Below the pieces are notes generated by a model, which saw only the letters and a program-made list of their open reading frames with translations, was not told the origin of the DNA and did no database searches. A program made the translations under genes and the position numbers. Positions 9,159 to 18,535 of a DNA stretch of 64,000 bases are shown here, one piece after another. The stretch covers positions 33,324-97,323 of the forward strand of contig JAIOAW010000004.1 of assembly GCA_019873625.1 (NCBI GenBank), written 5' to 3'. This DNA comes from Chloroflexota bacterium. Its GTDB lineage: Bacteria > Chloroflexota > Anaerolineae > UBA1429. How positions within the stretch are numbered: position 1 is the first letter of the stretch; each line of letters opens with the position of its first letter.

Positions 9159-11756
9159 CTATCGGCGATGTAGCAGCCCCCTCAAGGCCAGGGGCCGGTA
9201 GCGGAAGATCACCTCGTGCTCGCCCGGCGCGAGAAAGACGGCGCGAAACACCCCATCCGCCACCAAGATGGGCGCTGGAGTGCCGTCCACGGTGGCCTCC
9301 CAGCCGGGGTAAAAAAGGTCGGCCAGGATGAGGTAACTCGGCTCTTCAACCTGGGCCGTAAGGTGCACGCGTTCATCGGCATAGGTGTGAATGGCAGCGG
9401 GCTGGGCGAGGCCCTTGAGCGAACCGGGCGGCAAATCGAGCGCTTTGCCGTGCCTGATCACCGCCCTTTGGGGCAGGGTATAGGCGCGGGGGAGGGCGTC
9501 TTCGTTGCGGTAAACGAGGACGTCCTCCGACCGGTACACGATGGTATGATCGCCCAACCCCAGCCGATGGTTGAGGAGCGTGCTCCGGCCGGCGGCGTCC
9601 TCCCAGCGGAGGCGCTCAATGCGCACAAAGGCCTCCGGCAGGATGGGCCTCAGGAATATGCCCGTCACGCGGAGAGGGGTGGGCCAACTCCAGCGGGCGA
9701 GGTAAGTATGGCCCGGATGCTCTTCGGGCGGGAACCCCGACGAGGCCGGCCAGGTGGAGGCGACCTGCGCCTTGCGGTGGGCCACCTTGGCGAGGACGTC
9801 GGATCGCTCATAGGCCCACTCGGCCGTTTCCAGCCCAGCGCGCAAGGGGAGGGTGATTTGCTCACCCCCAGCCGTGCGCAGGATGATCTCGGCGGCTAGC
9901 GTCCCATCGGGCAAGTCGGTGGCATGGCTCAAGTAGGATTCCACCTCGAGGTCGGCCACTGTCTCTTCGGGCAACTCCACCCATTTTCCCAAGGGGAGGG
10001 CGCTGAAAGGGTTTAGCACGTCATACAGTTCGCTGGCCGCATCCACGGGCAACAGTTGGGGGATGAGCTCATAGCGCACGTTCAGGCGATTCAGGCGCTC
10101 GGCGGTGAGGTCGGCCATATAGCGGCGGTAAGCCTCCGGTAGGAGGGGCGCGTAAAGGTTGGCGCTGGCCACGCCGTGCGTGACGTTCATATTCGGGTAG
10201 AGCGAGGCCTCCATAACGCTCAAGGCGGGAAGGATCTCCTCCTTGGTGTAGATGCGGTAGGGCGCCTCCTCTTTTTGGAGGAGCGCGAGCACCGCCGGCG
10301 GGCGAGCGATTTCCGCAGCCGGGCGCGAGGCGTTATAGGTGCGATCGAGCACGGCCCCAAAGGCGTACAGATCCGCCGCGAGGAGGCAGAACGCCGCGGC
10401 CACCCACAGGGGCCGGTAGGCGCCGCGCATCGAGAAAAAGAGGATGCCCGTGCCTATGGCCCAGGCCAGGGGCAGCCACTTCCACAGCGCGATGAGCGCC
10501 TCTACCCCTGGGGAACCCTGGCACCAGGCGGCCAGCCCCAAGGCGGCGATCGCCACAAAGGCGCAGAGGGCGCTCACCCCACGGCGCGGCGCGGCGCGCT
10601 GGGGGGCAAGGGCATCCCAGCCGGCGCCGGCGAGGATGGCCAAAGCGAGGGTTACCCAGTACAGGTAGCGCGCCGGCACGCGGAAAAGGTTCAGCACGGG
10701 CACCTGGCTGAGCAGCCGATAGGCCGGGTTCCAGCGCCCCCAGGCTAGCACGAACCCCACCAGGCCCATCGCCAGCCAGAACCAGGGCGGGCGCTCGTGG
10801 CGGCGCGTCAACCCGGCCCAACCCAAGGCCAAGGGGAGGATGCCCACGTAACCCATCAACTCGATGGACCCCTCTGGATAGGGGTTGCCCAGCACAAAGG
10901 GAGAAAGGTAAGTTGCCGCGAGGAAGGGATGAAAGGAATAACTGGTGAAAAAGGCGGGGTCCAGCCCGCCGGCCCGTTGGGAGAGGAGGGTCAGTTCCAG
11001 GCTGGGCAGGAGTTGCGGCGCGCCGAGTAGGATGCCCCCGGCAAGGCCTCCTAACCACAGGGCGAGGCCCCTCCAAGGCCGCTCGCGTCGCCGCTCCCAG
11101 AGGAGATACAGGGCATACGCTGCGACGAGCATCCCGCCCAAGAGGGACATCTGCGGGTGGCCGGCCAGGAATTGCAGGCCCGTGAAGGCGGCCAAGGCCG
11201 CGACGCGCCCCCCTTGGCGTGGCCCCCTGGGCCTGGCGAGCAAGGCATACGTCTCCAAGAGCATCCACGGGTGCCAGGCCATCACGGCGATGATGCTGAG
11301 GTGGCTCAAATGGGCCACGCCGAAACCGCCCAAGGTGGGGATGATGGCCGTTATTAGGGCCGCCTCGCGCGAACGCCCCATCTGCCGCGCCCAACGGTAA
11401 AATCCCACGGCGGCGATGGCATAATGCGCGATGATCGAGAGGGATATCCCTACCGCCGGGGAGGGCCACGCCGCCAAGAGCCAATAGAGGGGATAGAGGG
11501 CGCCCGTCTCCCCTTCCGCCAAGAGGGGGTAGCCCAGGCCCATCTGCGCATTCCACCAAGGGAGGCGAAAGTCTTTCAGGGCGCGGACGAGCGCGACGCG
11601 CTGGGGGAGGTAAAGCCGCGCGAGGTCGCCGCCATCGTAGGCGCGGCCCTGCACGAGGACCTCGCCGAAAAACGCCAAGAAGAGCACCACGCCACACGCC
11701 CATACCCACAGCCAACGCCGCGAAGGTGCCTCGGCAGAGTGCGGCCTCCTTATCAT
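9159..11756 (-). CDS. YfhO-family (GT-C type) membrane glycosyltransferase
   Basis: GD..LYLPQR...PWWNAQMGLGYPLLAEGE N-terminus, LAGHPQ, FRVPARY, multiple TM helices, and a C-terminal YLILADLFYPGWEATVDG...FRAVFLAPGEHEVIFRY domain. Confidence 0.8.
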   Translation of the reverse strand: MIRRPHSAEAPSRRWLWVWACGVVLFLAFFGEVLVQGRAYDGGDLARLYLPQRVALVRALKDFRLPWWNAQMGLGYPLLAEGETGALYPLYWLLAAWPSPAVGISLSIIAHYAIAAVGFYRWARQMGRSREAALITAIIPTLGGFGVAHLSHLSIIAVMAWHPWMLLETYALLARPRGPRQGGRVAALAAFTGLQFLAGHPQMSLLGGMLVAAYALYLLWERRRERPWRGLALWLGGLAGGILLGAPQLLPSLELTLLSQRAGGLDPAFFTSYSFHPFLAATYLSPFVLGNPYPEGSIELMGYVGILPLALGWAGLTRRHERPPWFWLAMGLVGFVLAWGRWNPAYRLLSQVPVLNLFRVPARYLYWVTLALAILAGAGWDALAPQRAAPRRGVSALCAFVAIAALGLAAWCQGSPGVEALIALWKWLPLAWAIGTGILFFSMRGAYRPLWVAAAFCLLAADLYAFGAVLDRTYNASRPAAEIARPPAVLALLQKEEAPYRIYTKEEILPALSVMEASLYPNMNVTHGVASANLYAPLLPEAYRRYMADLTAERLNRLNVRYELIPQLLPVDAASELYDVLNPFSALPLGKWVELPEETVADLEVESYLSHATDLPDGTLAAEIILRTAGGEQITLPLRAGLETAEWAYERSDVLAKVAHRKAQVASTWPASSGFPPEEHPGHTYLARWSWPTPLRVTGIFLRPILPEAFVRIERLRWEDAAGRSTLLNHRLGLGDHTIVYRSEDVLVYRNEDALPRAYTLPQRAVIRHGKALDLPPGSLKGLAQPAAIHTYADERVHLTAQVEEPSYLILADLFYPGWEATVDGTPAPILVADGVFRAVFLAPGEHEVIFRYRPLALRGLLHRR

Positions 11757-11819
11757 CCTGTGGCGTCTCCTGGCATCGCGTAAAGGGGCTAACGCTTGGC
11801 CAGCCCCCTCTTTTTGACT

Positions 11820-12245
11820 CTATTGATACACGGGGCGTATGCCCATATAGACGGGCCCCGCCGTCAAAATGCGCAGGAGGATCTGCGGAGGGCGACGATC
11901 CAGCAATTCATAGAGTTCGTTCACCGAAAGCGGTTTGTTGCCGTTGGCCAAAAAGGTGCGGAACACGGCCTCCACGATGGGCATATTGGGCGTGATGTAA
12001 TTGGGGCGCTTGCTGCAACAGGTGCGCAGGCTGTGCCACAGGCTATCTACGCGGTTCACCTCGCCGGTTTGCTCATCCACCCAATCTACCTCATCGGAGG
12101 AGCCGCCCGCCTCATAGGCCATGCGGCATTCGGGGCAAAGCATATCGCGGATGTACACGCGGATATCGCGCTGGTTTTCTTCCCACCATTCCATATCAAT
12201 GTGGAACTTGGTATCTACCGTAGGGCGTTGCCACGTCAGCGCCAT
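11820..12245 (-). CDS. Conserved hypothetical protein with possible Zn-binding CxxC...CC and a helix-turn-helix-like C-terminus
   Basis: ORF starts MALTWQRPTVDTKFHIDMEWW after a GGAG-type RBS; contains LCPECR, RTCCSKR and NKPLSVNELYELL. Confidence 0.7.
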   Translation of the reverse strand: MALTWQRPTVDTKFHIDMEWWEENQRDIRVYIRDMLCPECRMAYEAGGSSDEVDWVDEQTGEVNRVDSLWHSLRTCCSKRPNYITPNMPIVEAVFRTFLANGNKPLSVNELYELLDRRPPQILLRILTAGPVYMGIRPVYQ

Positions 12246-12256
12246 TGCTCTCCTCT

Positions 12257-13945
12257 CTAGCGGGCCAGGTAGCGGGTTACTTGGTCTCGTGCCCTCATAC
12301 CGCGCGCCGACAAGGGGCGCTCCATCATCTCTTCGGGCGTCTCGTAGACGCGGCCAACCAGGTTCTGGTCGAAGGCCCATTGGCCGTCTCCCACCGGGTC
12401 ATAACAGGCGTGGCGCGTGAGGATGGCAAAAATGGGCACCGCGCCGCTGCGCCGGAACATATTGACCACGGCGTAGATGCCCTTGGCGTGGGCGTAACCC
12501 TGGCTGTTCAGTTTGGCCAATTCCAGGAAGGCCATCCGCACGAGCGCAAAGAGGGAAGTGTTGGCCTCCTCATAATGGGCCATCAATTGGGCCACGGCCT
12601 CTTTGTTAGGGATGTCTATCAGCATATTGGGGTCGCAACGCACGGCCACATTGGCGCGCTGAATCTGCAACACCAGGCGGCCGTCTTCCACCGTGGCGGT
12701 GCGCACCCATTGGCTGCGGCCGCCGCGGGCCGTGGCGATGTTGGCACTCAAGGTGAACGGTTCGCCCGTGGGCGAAAGGGCGATTTCGGCGCCTACGGTC
12801 ATCCCCGTGGAGGCGTACCAGTCGCCCAGGCCGCAGATGTAGCGATAGGCCGGCACGACCCAGGCCTCGAACCGTTTGCCGGTGCGGCCATCTACGATGG
12901 TGATGGGGAAGCGGCTGCGCTCCCTTTGCCCCAAGAAGCGCAAGAGCGGTTCGCTCGCTGGGGCCGTGCCCGCATAGAGGTGCGGGAAGTTCAGTTCAAA
13001 ACGAAAGTCTCGCGCGGGGCGCGCCATAGCCCCCTCGATGAGATCGAGTTCATCGCCGATCTCCTCGACGAGGTCCACCATCGTCAGGCCGATGAGGTCA
13101 TCTTCCCCGGCCACAAAGGCCGGCTTGAGCACGGCCGGCCGCTCCAGCGCAGCGGGAGGCTCTAGCGCGCGCAAATACCAGATGCGCTCTTCCTGGGTGC
13201 CCACGTTATCAAAGCGCGCATCGTTTGCCAGCGCGTGGTTTAGGGCGAACAGTTGAGCCGCCTCGGAGGCCGTGGGCGAAAGGTCGAGGTGGGCAAGCAT
13301 CTCTTGGGCCGTGACGGGCCTTCCGGCCTCGTAGATAATCGCCTCGGCCAGGTTGAGGTGCCCCACGTGCACCTCGGGCAAAAGGCCGCTCAGGAACCAC
13401 TGCCCATTGAGCCGCACCCAGTCGCTCAAACTCTGGAGGCGCTCCTCCAGGCGAGGCGCCACATAGGGCAAAAAAGTGCGGATGGCCTCTTCCTCCGTCA
13501 ACCCTTGCCCTTGGCTCAAGGTGAGTTCTTCGATGGGGCGGTTCAGGGGGTGGGGGTGGTCGAATTCGGCGGCGAACTCGCGCTCACGGCCATCCCCAAA
13601 GGCCACGCGGATGACGGAAAACGACCCATAGCGGGGGTTGTGCCCCGCCCGAAGGCCGACCACTTGCCCCTCGGCAAAGTCAAGCGCGGTAAAGACGAGC
13701 CTTTCGCCCACTTGGTAGGTATCCATTGGGCGGTAGACGCGGCTGGTGACGGTCTCTCGCGCGGCGGCCTCTTGCTCCAGCCGGCAATGGTGAGCAATGA
13801 GAGCACTCGCCAATTGTTCGGTGCTCTGCGGTTTGCCTGCCTCGAGGATCAGGCCGGTAAGGAAATCGAGGTCGGCCTCGGAGATGCGGAATTCGTCTCG
13901 CCAGAAGGCCTCTGTATGCGTTTTGAGCCGGAGACCCGCAACCAT
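12257..13945 (-). CDS. Large hypothetical multidomain protein (562 aa)
   Basis: Long ORF with native-looking codons and a GGGAGG RBS before MVAGLRLKTHT. No catalytic motif was recognised. Confidence 0.75.
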   Translation of the reverse strand: MVAGLRLKTHTEAFWRDEFRISEADLDFLTGLILEAGKPQSTEQLASALIAHHCRLEQEAAARETVTSRVYRPMDTYQVGERLVFTALDFAEGQVVGLRAGHNPRYGSFSVIRVAFGDGREREFAAEFDHPHPLNRPIEELTLSQGQGLTEEEAIRTFLPYVAPRLEERLQSLSDWVRLNGQWFLSGLLPEVHVGHLNLAEAIIYEAGRPVTAQEMLAHLDLSPTASEAAQLFALNHALANDARFDNVGTQEERIWYLRALEPPAALERPAVLKPAFVAGEDDLIGLTMVDLVEEIGDELDLIEGAMARPARDFRFELNFPHLYAGTAPASEPLLRFLGQRERSRFPITIVDGRTGKRFEAWVVPAYRYICGLGDWYASTGMTVGAEIALSPTGEPFTLSANIATARGGRSQWVRTATVEDGRLVLQIQRANVAVRCDPNMLIDIPNKEAVAQLMAHYEEANTSLFALVRMAFLELAKLNSQGYAHAKGIYAVVNMFRRSGAVPIFAILTRHACYDPVGDGQWAFDQNLVGRVYETPEEMMERPLSARGMRARDQVTRYLAR

Positions 13946-14027
13946 AACCCCTCCCAGGGATGACGATATGCCGATATTACGCCATAAAGGCCCCGGCCAT
14001 CTTCGCCGAGGCCTTTTTCTCTCCCTA

Positions 14028-14100
14028 TGGGCGAAACAGGTCTCGAACCCGTGACCTCTTCCTTGTAAGGGAAGCGCTCTCCCAACTGAGCTATTCGCCC
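14028..14100 (-). tRNA. tRNA-Val(TAC)
   Basis: Reverse complement GGGCGAATAGCTCAGTTGGGAGAGCGCTTCCCTTACAAGGAAGAGGTCACGGGTTCGAGACCTGTTTCGCCCA folds as a cloverleaf with anticodon TAC. CCA is not encoded. Confidence 0.97.
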
Positions 14101-14115
14101 TCGCCAAGTAACCAT

Positions 14116-14144
14116 AGTTTACCATATTCAGGGGGATACGTCAA
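14116..14144 (-). promoter_or_regulatory. sigma70 promoter of tRNA-Val
   Basis: TTGACG-17 nt-TAAACT on the minus strand, ending 15 nt upstream of the tRNA 5' end. Confidence 0.75.
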
Positions 14145-14173
14145 AGATTCGTGGTCCTTGCGCCATTTTCCGC

Positions 14174-14202
14174 TTGCGCCTTTTGTGTGAGCGCCCTATA
14201 CT
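14174..14202 (+). promoter_or_regulatory. sigma70 promoter of the first cluster gene
   Basis: TTGCGC-17 nt-TATACT, back-to-back with the tRNA promoter. Confidence 0.6.
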
Positions 14203-14240
14203 GGAGGGTGAATGCCTTATCATCTCGTAAAGGAGCCGAA

Positions 14241-15317
14241 ATGAAGACTTTTAAGGTCGCGCTGGTTGGGGCGGGCACCATCGCCAAGGACCATTACCTT
14301 CCACAAATCAAGGCGATGGAGAACGCCGAGTTGGTGGCCGTGGCCGATAACGTCGAGGCCGCGGCGCGGTTTGCCGCCGAAAAGTTCGGCATCCCCCATT
14401 GGTTCACGCGCATTGACGACCTCCTCGATAAGGTGGATTGCGATATCGTGGTGGATACCGCCGCCATCCAGGCGCACTATGAGATCAACCTGAAGGCGCT
14501 TCAGGCGGGCAAACACCTCTATTCGCAAAAACCCCTGGCCCTTACCGTGGAAGAAGCCACCACCCTTATCGAGACGGCCAAAGCGAAGGGCCTCAAGATC
14601 AGCGCCTCGCCCATCCATATGCTGCGCCCCACGGTGCAGGCCATCCGCAAGATGGTGCGTGAGGGCGTCATCGGCAAGGTGCAGTGGGCGCGCATCCGCT
14701 CCTCGCACGGCGGGCCAGAGTATTATCAACGTTCGCGCCTCTCGGACCCCTCTTGGTTCTATCAGCCCGGCGCGGGGCCGATCTTTGACCTCGGCGTGCA
14801 TGGCCTGCACACCATCACGGGAATCCTTGGGCCAGCCAAGGCCGTTACCGCGATGTCGGGCATCACGGTGCCCACGCGGGCCGCGGTGGGTTGCGGCGGC
14901 GAGTACGAAGGCGTGCCCTTTGAAGTCAAGATTGACGATTGCAGCCTGGCCCTGCTCGACTTTGGCAACAACACCTTTGCCTTTATTGATATGACGTACT
15001 GCGTCAAAGATTACGAGGGGCCGAATTTGGAGATCTTTGGCAGCCGCGGCGTCATCAGCCAGACGCGCAAAGGAGGCTCCGCGACGCGCCTCTTCCGCGC
15101 GATGCCGGAGGATGGTGGCCCCGGTTGGGAAGAACCCCCTATGCCCGAGGAGCCGCGCTATCAATCCATCGGCGTCAAAGACCTGATAGATGCCATCATC
15201 GAGGGGCGTGACCCGGTGCTGACGCCCGAGCATGCCCGCCACGTCATCGAGATTATGAACAAGTGCTACCAGGCCGCGCGCGAACGCCGCACGTTGGATA
15301 TCGAGACGACGTTCTGA
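14241..15317 (+). CDS. Gfo/Idh/MocA-family oxidoreductase (#1)
   Basis: VGAGTIA Rossmann motif, GKHLYSQKPLA and GAGPIFDLGVHGL; AAGGAG RBS. Confidence 0.9.
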   Translation: MKTFKVALVGAGTIAKDHYLPQIKAMENAELVAVADNVEAAARFAAEKFGIPHWFTRIDDLLDKVDCDIVVDTAAIQAHYEINLKALQAGKHLYSQKPLALTVEEATTLIETAKAKGLKISASPIHMLRPTVQAIRKMVREGVIGKVQWARIRSSHGGPEYYQRSRLSDPSWFYQPGAGPIFDLGVHGLHTITGILGPAKAVTAMSGITVPTRAAVGCGGEYEGVPFEVKIDDCSLALLDFGNNTFAFIDMTYCVKDYEGPNLEIFGSRGVISQTRKGGSATRLFRAMPEDGGPGWEEPPMPEEPRYQSIGVKDLIDAIIEGRDPVLTPEHARHVIEIMNKCYQAARERRTLDIETTF

Positions 15318-15330
15318 CGCGTTGCATTGC

Positions 15331-15359
15331 TGGACAGGCATTTGCCCGTGAGGTAAGAT
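15331..15359 (+). promoter_or_regulatory. Putative internal sigma70 promoter
   Basis: TGGACA-17 nt-TAAGAT upstream of oxidoreductase #2. Confidence 0.5.
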
Positions 15360-15422
15360 ATCCCTTTGGGCGCGCCAAGCGGCGCGCCTACCCAATACTC
15401 GCCGCGCGCGGAAGGAGAGAAG

Positions 15423-16472
15423 ATGACTCAGCAAGTAGTTCGGGTGGGCATCGTAGGGATGGGCATCGGCAGGGCCAATGGTCGGGCCATTCAGGCCGAC
15501 CCGCGAGGTGAGGTCGTGGCCCTGTGCGACCTTATCCCCGAGAGGATGGAGGAATTCGCCAAAGAACTGCCGAGGCCGGTCAAGTTCTACACTGACTACA
15601 AAGCGATGTGCCAAGACCCCGATGTGGATGCCGTGATGGTGGGCACGCCGAACCAGTGGCATGTGCCCGTGGCCCTGGAGGCGGTGAAAAACGGCAAGCA
15701 CGTCCTCGTTACCAAGCCTTTGGCCGATTCGGAAGAGGCCGCCCGCGAACTCGTAGAGGCCGCAGAGGCCGCCGGCGTGGTGAATATGATGTCTCTGGGG
15801 ATGCGCTTTTCAGACCAGGTGATGTACCTGGAGGCCCTGCGCCAGCAAGGGTTCTTTGGCGAGTTGTACTATGCCCATGCCCGAGCCTTGCGCCGCAGTC
15901 GCATCCCCGATTGGAACCTGGGGTTCATCCAGAAAGGCGGTGGGGCCTTTCGCGATATGGGGGTGCACGTGCTCGATGCGTGCTGGTCGCTCTTGGGCAA
16001 GCCCAAGCCGGTGGCCGTGTTGGGCGTGGCCGGGGCCAAGTTCGGCCCGCGCGGCCTGGGGTATTGGGATTTTCGCCAGCCCAAGCCCGAATACTATACC
16101 CAATTCGCGGCTGATGATTACGGCGGAGGGTTCATCCTCTTTGAGGGGGGCCTGGGGATGCAGGTGGAATCCTTCTGGGCGGGCCACCACGAGCACATCG
16201 AGATGACGCAAATCGAACTCTTTGGCACGGAGGCCGGCGCCAAACTACGCCCGCTCACCCTCTACCGCACGGTGAACGGCGCGCCGCAGGATATCGTGGT
16301 GAACGTGCCCAAAAAGGCCGAGGGATTCAGCGAGGTGGCCAAGCACTTTATCGCCTGCATTCTGGATGGCATCCCCTGTGAGGCGCCTTTGCGCCACGGC
16401 CTCATCGTGCAGCAGATGATGGAGGCGCTCTTGAGGAGCGCGGAGACGGGCAAAGAGGTTCGTTTGGATTGA
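15423..16472 (+). CDS. Gfo/Idh/MocA-family oxidoreductase (#2)
   Basis: VGMGIG, GKHVLVTKPLA and GGGAFRDMGVHVLD; GGAG RBS. Confidence 0.9.
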   Translation: MTQQVVRVGIVGMGIGRANGRAIQADPRGEVVALCDLIPERMEEFAKELPRPVKFYTDYKAMCQDPDVDAVMVGTPNQWHVPVALEAVKNGKHVLVTKPLADSEEAARELVEAAEAAGVVNMMSLGMRFSDQVMYLEALRQQGFFGELYYAHARALRRSRIPDWNLGFIQKGGGAFRDMGVHVLDACWSLLGKPKPVAVLGVAGAKFGPRGLGYWDFRQPKPEYYTQFAADDYGGGFILFEGGLGMQVESFWAGHHEHIEMTQIELFGTEAGAKLRPLTLYRTVNGAPQDIVVNVPKKAEGFSEVAKHFIACILDGIPCEAPLRHGLIVQQMMEALLRSAETGKEVRLD

Positions 16473-16485
16473 TCACACGATGCGC

Positions 16486-16514
16486 TTGCCAAAGGTTGGC
16501 AAACGGCGCATACT
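16486..16514 (+). promoter_or_regulatory. Putative internal sigma70 promoter
   Basis: TTGCCA-17 nt-CATACT upstream of oxidoreductase #3. Confidence 0.45.
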
Positions 16515-16566
16515 GCGCGTTGCAAGCCCGCTTGGGCAAAATCTCTTTTAGGAGTGGGATGGCGAA

Positions 16567-17613
16567 ATGGACAAAGTGCGCGTGTGCATCGTAGGGATGG
16601 GCATTGGCCGGCCGAACGGCCGGGCCATCGCGGCGAACCCGCGCGGCGAGGTGACGGCGCTGTGCGACCTCATCCCCGAGAGAATGGAAGAGTTCGCCAA
16701 GGAACTGCCGGGGCCAGTCAAGTTCTATACCGACTACAAGGAGATGTGCCAGGACCCGGATATTGACGCGGTGTTCGTGGGGACGCCGAACCAGTGGCAT
16801 GTGCCCATCGCGCTGGAGGCCGTGAAGAACGGCAAGCACGTGATGGTTACCAAGCCCTTGGCCGATTCGGAAGGCGCGGCCAAGGAGTTGGTAGAGGCCG
16901 CGGAAGAGGCCGGCGTGGTGAATATGATGTCGCTCTCGATGCGTTTTTCGGACCAGGTGCAGTACCTGGGCAAACTGCGCACGCAGGGCTTTTACGGCGA
17001 CCTGTACTACGCCCACGCCCAGGCGCGCCGGCGCAGTCGCATCCCCGATTGGAACCTGGGGTTCATCGAAAAAGGCGGCGGGGCCTTCCGCGATATGGGG
17101 GTGCACGTGCTCGACTCCGTCTGGTGGCTTTTGGGGATGCCCAAGCCGGTGGCTGCTCTGGGGGTAGCCGGGGCCAAGTTCGGCCCGCGCGGCCTGGGGT
17201 ATTGGGATTTTCGCCAGCCCAAGCCCGAGTTCTATACCCGCTTTGCGGCCGATGACTATGGCGGAGGGTTCATCCTCTTTGAGAATGGCACGGGGCTGCA
17301 GGTGGAATCCTTCTGGGCGGGCCACCACGGCGAGATGGATGCGACGCAGATCGAACTCTTTGGCACGGAGGCCGGCGCCAAACTGCGCCCGCTCACCCTC
17401 TACCGCACGGTGAATAACGCGCCGCAGGATATCACGGTAACCCTGCCTGAGACCAAGCGCACCTCCTGGAATAACATCGCCGACCATTTCATCGCCTGCA
17501 TTCTGGATGGCATCCCCTGTGAGGCGCCTTTGCGGCACGGCCTCATCGTCCAGCGGATGATGGAGGCCATCCTCAAGAGCGGCGAGACGGGTAAAGAAGT
17601 GCGGTTGGATTGA
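16567..17613 (+). CDS. Gfo/Idh/MocA-family oxidoreductase (#3), close tandem paralog of #2
   Basis: Same motifs as #2 and long identical stretches at both protein and DNA level. Confidence 0.9.
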   Translation: MDKVRVCIVGMGIGRPNGRAIAANPRGEVTALCDLIPERMEEFAKELPGPVKFYTDYKEMCQDPDIDAVFVGTPNQWHVPIALEAVKNGKHVMVTKPLADSEGAAKELVEAAEEAGVVNMMSLSMRFSDQVQYLGKLRTQGFYGDLYYAHAQARRRSRIPDWNLGFIEKGGGAFRDMGVHVLDSVWWLLGMPKPVAALGVAGAKFGPRGLGYWDFRQPKPEFYTRFAADDYGGGFILFENGTGLQVESFWAGHHGEMDATQIELFGTEAGAKLRPLTLYRTVNNAPQDITVTLPETKRTSWNNIADHFIACILDGIPCEAPLRHGLIVQRMMEAILKSGETGKEVRLD

Positions 17614-17655
17614 CCTTTGACGCCTATATCTTGAAACACATAGGAGAGGGATACG

Positions 17656-18450
17656 ATGAAACTCGGGTTTATCGCTTCGAACGACCTCGACGGCCTCGAG
17701 GCGGATGCGAAATTTGCCGCCGAGAATGGCTTTGAGGGGTTGGAGTTCAACTACTGGGCGGCCTTTGCCGACTTAACGCCAGAGACCGTGGGCAAGATGG
17801 CCGCCATCCTCGATCGCTACGGCGTGGCTTGCTCTTCCTTCGGCCTGTGGGGCTGGAACCACACCGCCCCAGATCCGGCCGAGCGCGAGCGGAGTTTGCA
17901 GATGCTCGACCGGGCCATTACCTACGCGGCGGCGCTGCGGGCACCCATCTTTATCACGGGCGGCGGGCAGACGGGCGGCGACTTGGCCAGCAACGTCAAG
18001 GCCTTTTGCGAGGTCTTTCCGCCGTACATCGAAAAGATGGAAAAGAACGGGATGAAGTTCGCGGCCTATGCCGTGCACGGCAATTCCTTCTTTGAGAACA
18101 TCGAGTGCTACAAGGCCGTGTGGGAGAAATTCCCCAACGTGGGCATCAAACTCGACCCGCTCAACATCATCCACCACGGAGATGACCCCTACATCTGGCT
18201 GCGCGATTATGCCCACCGCGTGTATGAGGTGCACATCAAAGAGGGTATCTTTATGGATGGCAAACTCGTCTCTCAGCCGGCGGCGGGGATGGGAGATGTC
18301 CACTGGGGCAAGGTGATGGCCTTCCTCTATGAGGTCAATTATGACGGCTATCTGATTATGGAGCCGCACGGGCCTATCTGGAGCCGTGGGCCGATGAAGC
18401 GCAAGATGCTCCTTTTGAGCAAAAAGTACCTGAGCCAGTTCTTGCTGTAG
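17656..18450 (+). CDS. Sugar phosphate isomerase/epimerase (xylose-isomerase-like TIM barrel, AP_endonuc_2 family)
   Basis: GFEGLEF, IKLDPLNII, YEVHIKE, PAAGMGDVHWGKVMAFLYEVNYDGYLIMEPH metal-binding pattern. Confidence 0.85.
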   Translation: MKLGFIASNDLDGLEADAKFAAENGFEGLEFNYWAAFADLTPETVGKMAAILDRYGVACSSFGLWGWNHTAPDPAERERSLQMLDRAITYAAALRAPIFITGGGQTGGDLASNVKAFCEVFPPYIEKMEKNGMKFAAYAVHGNSFFENIECYKAVWEKFPNVGIKLDPLNIIHHGDDPYIWLRDYAHRVYEVHIKEGIFMDGKLVSQPAAGMGDVHWGKVMAFLYEVNYDGYLIMEPHGPIWSRGPMKRKMLLLSKKYLSQFLL

Positions 18451-18535
18451 ATCGGGGTGCAAACGTGGTGGCGGCCTAACGCCGCCCCCACGAGAGGAAT
18501 TCGCCTTCACCGCGTTGAAGAAAGGAAAGGACAAG

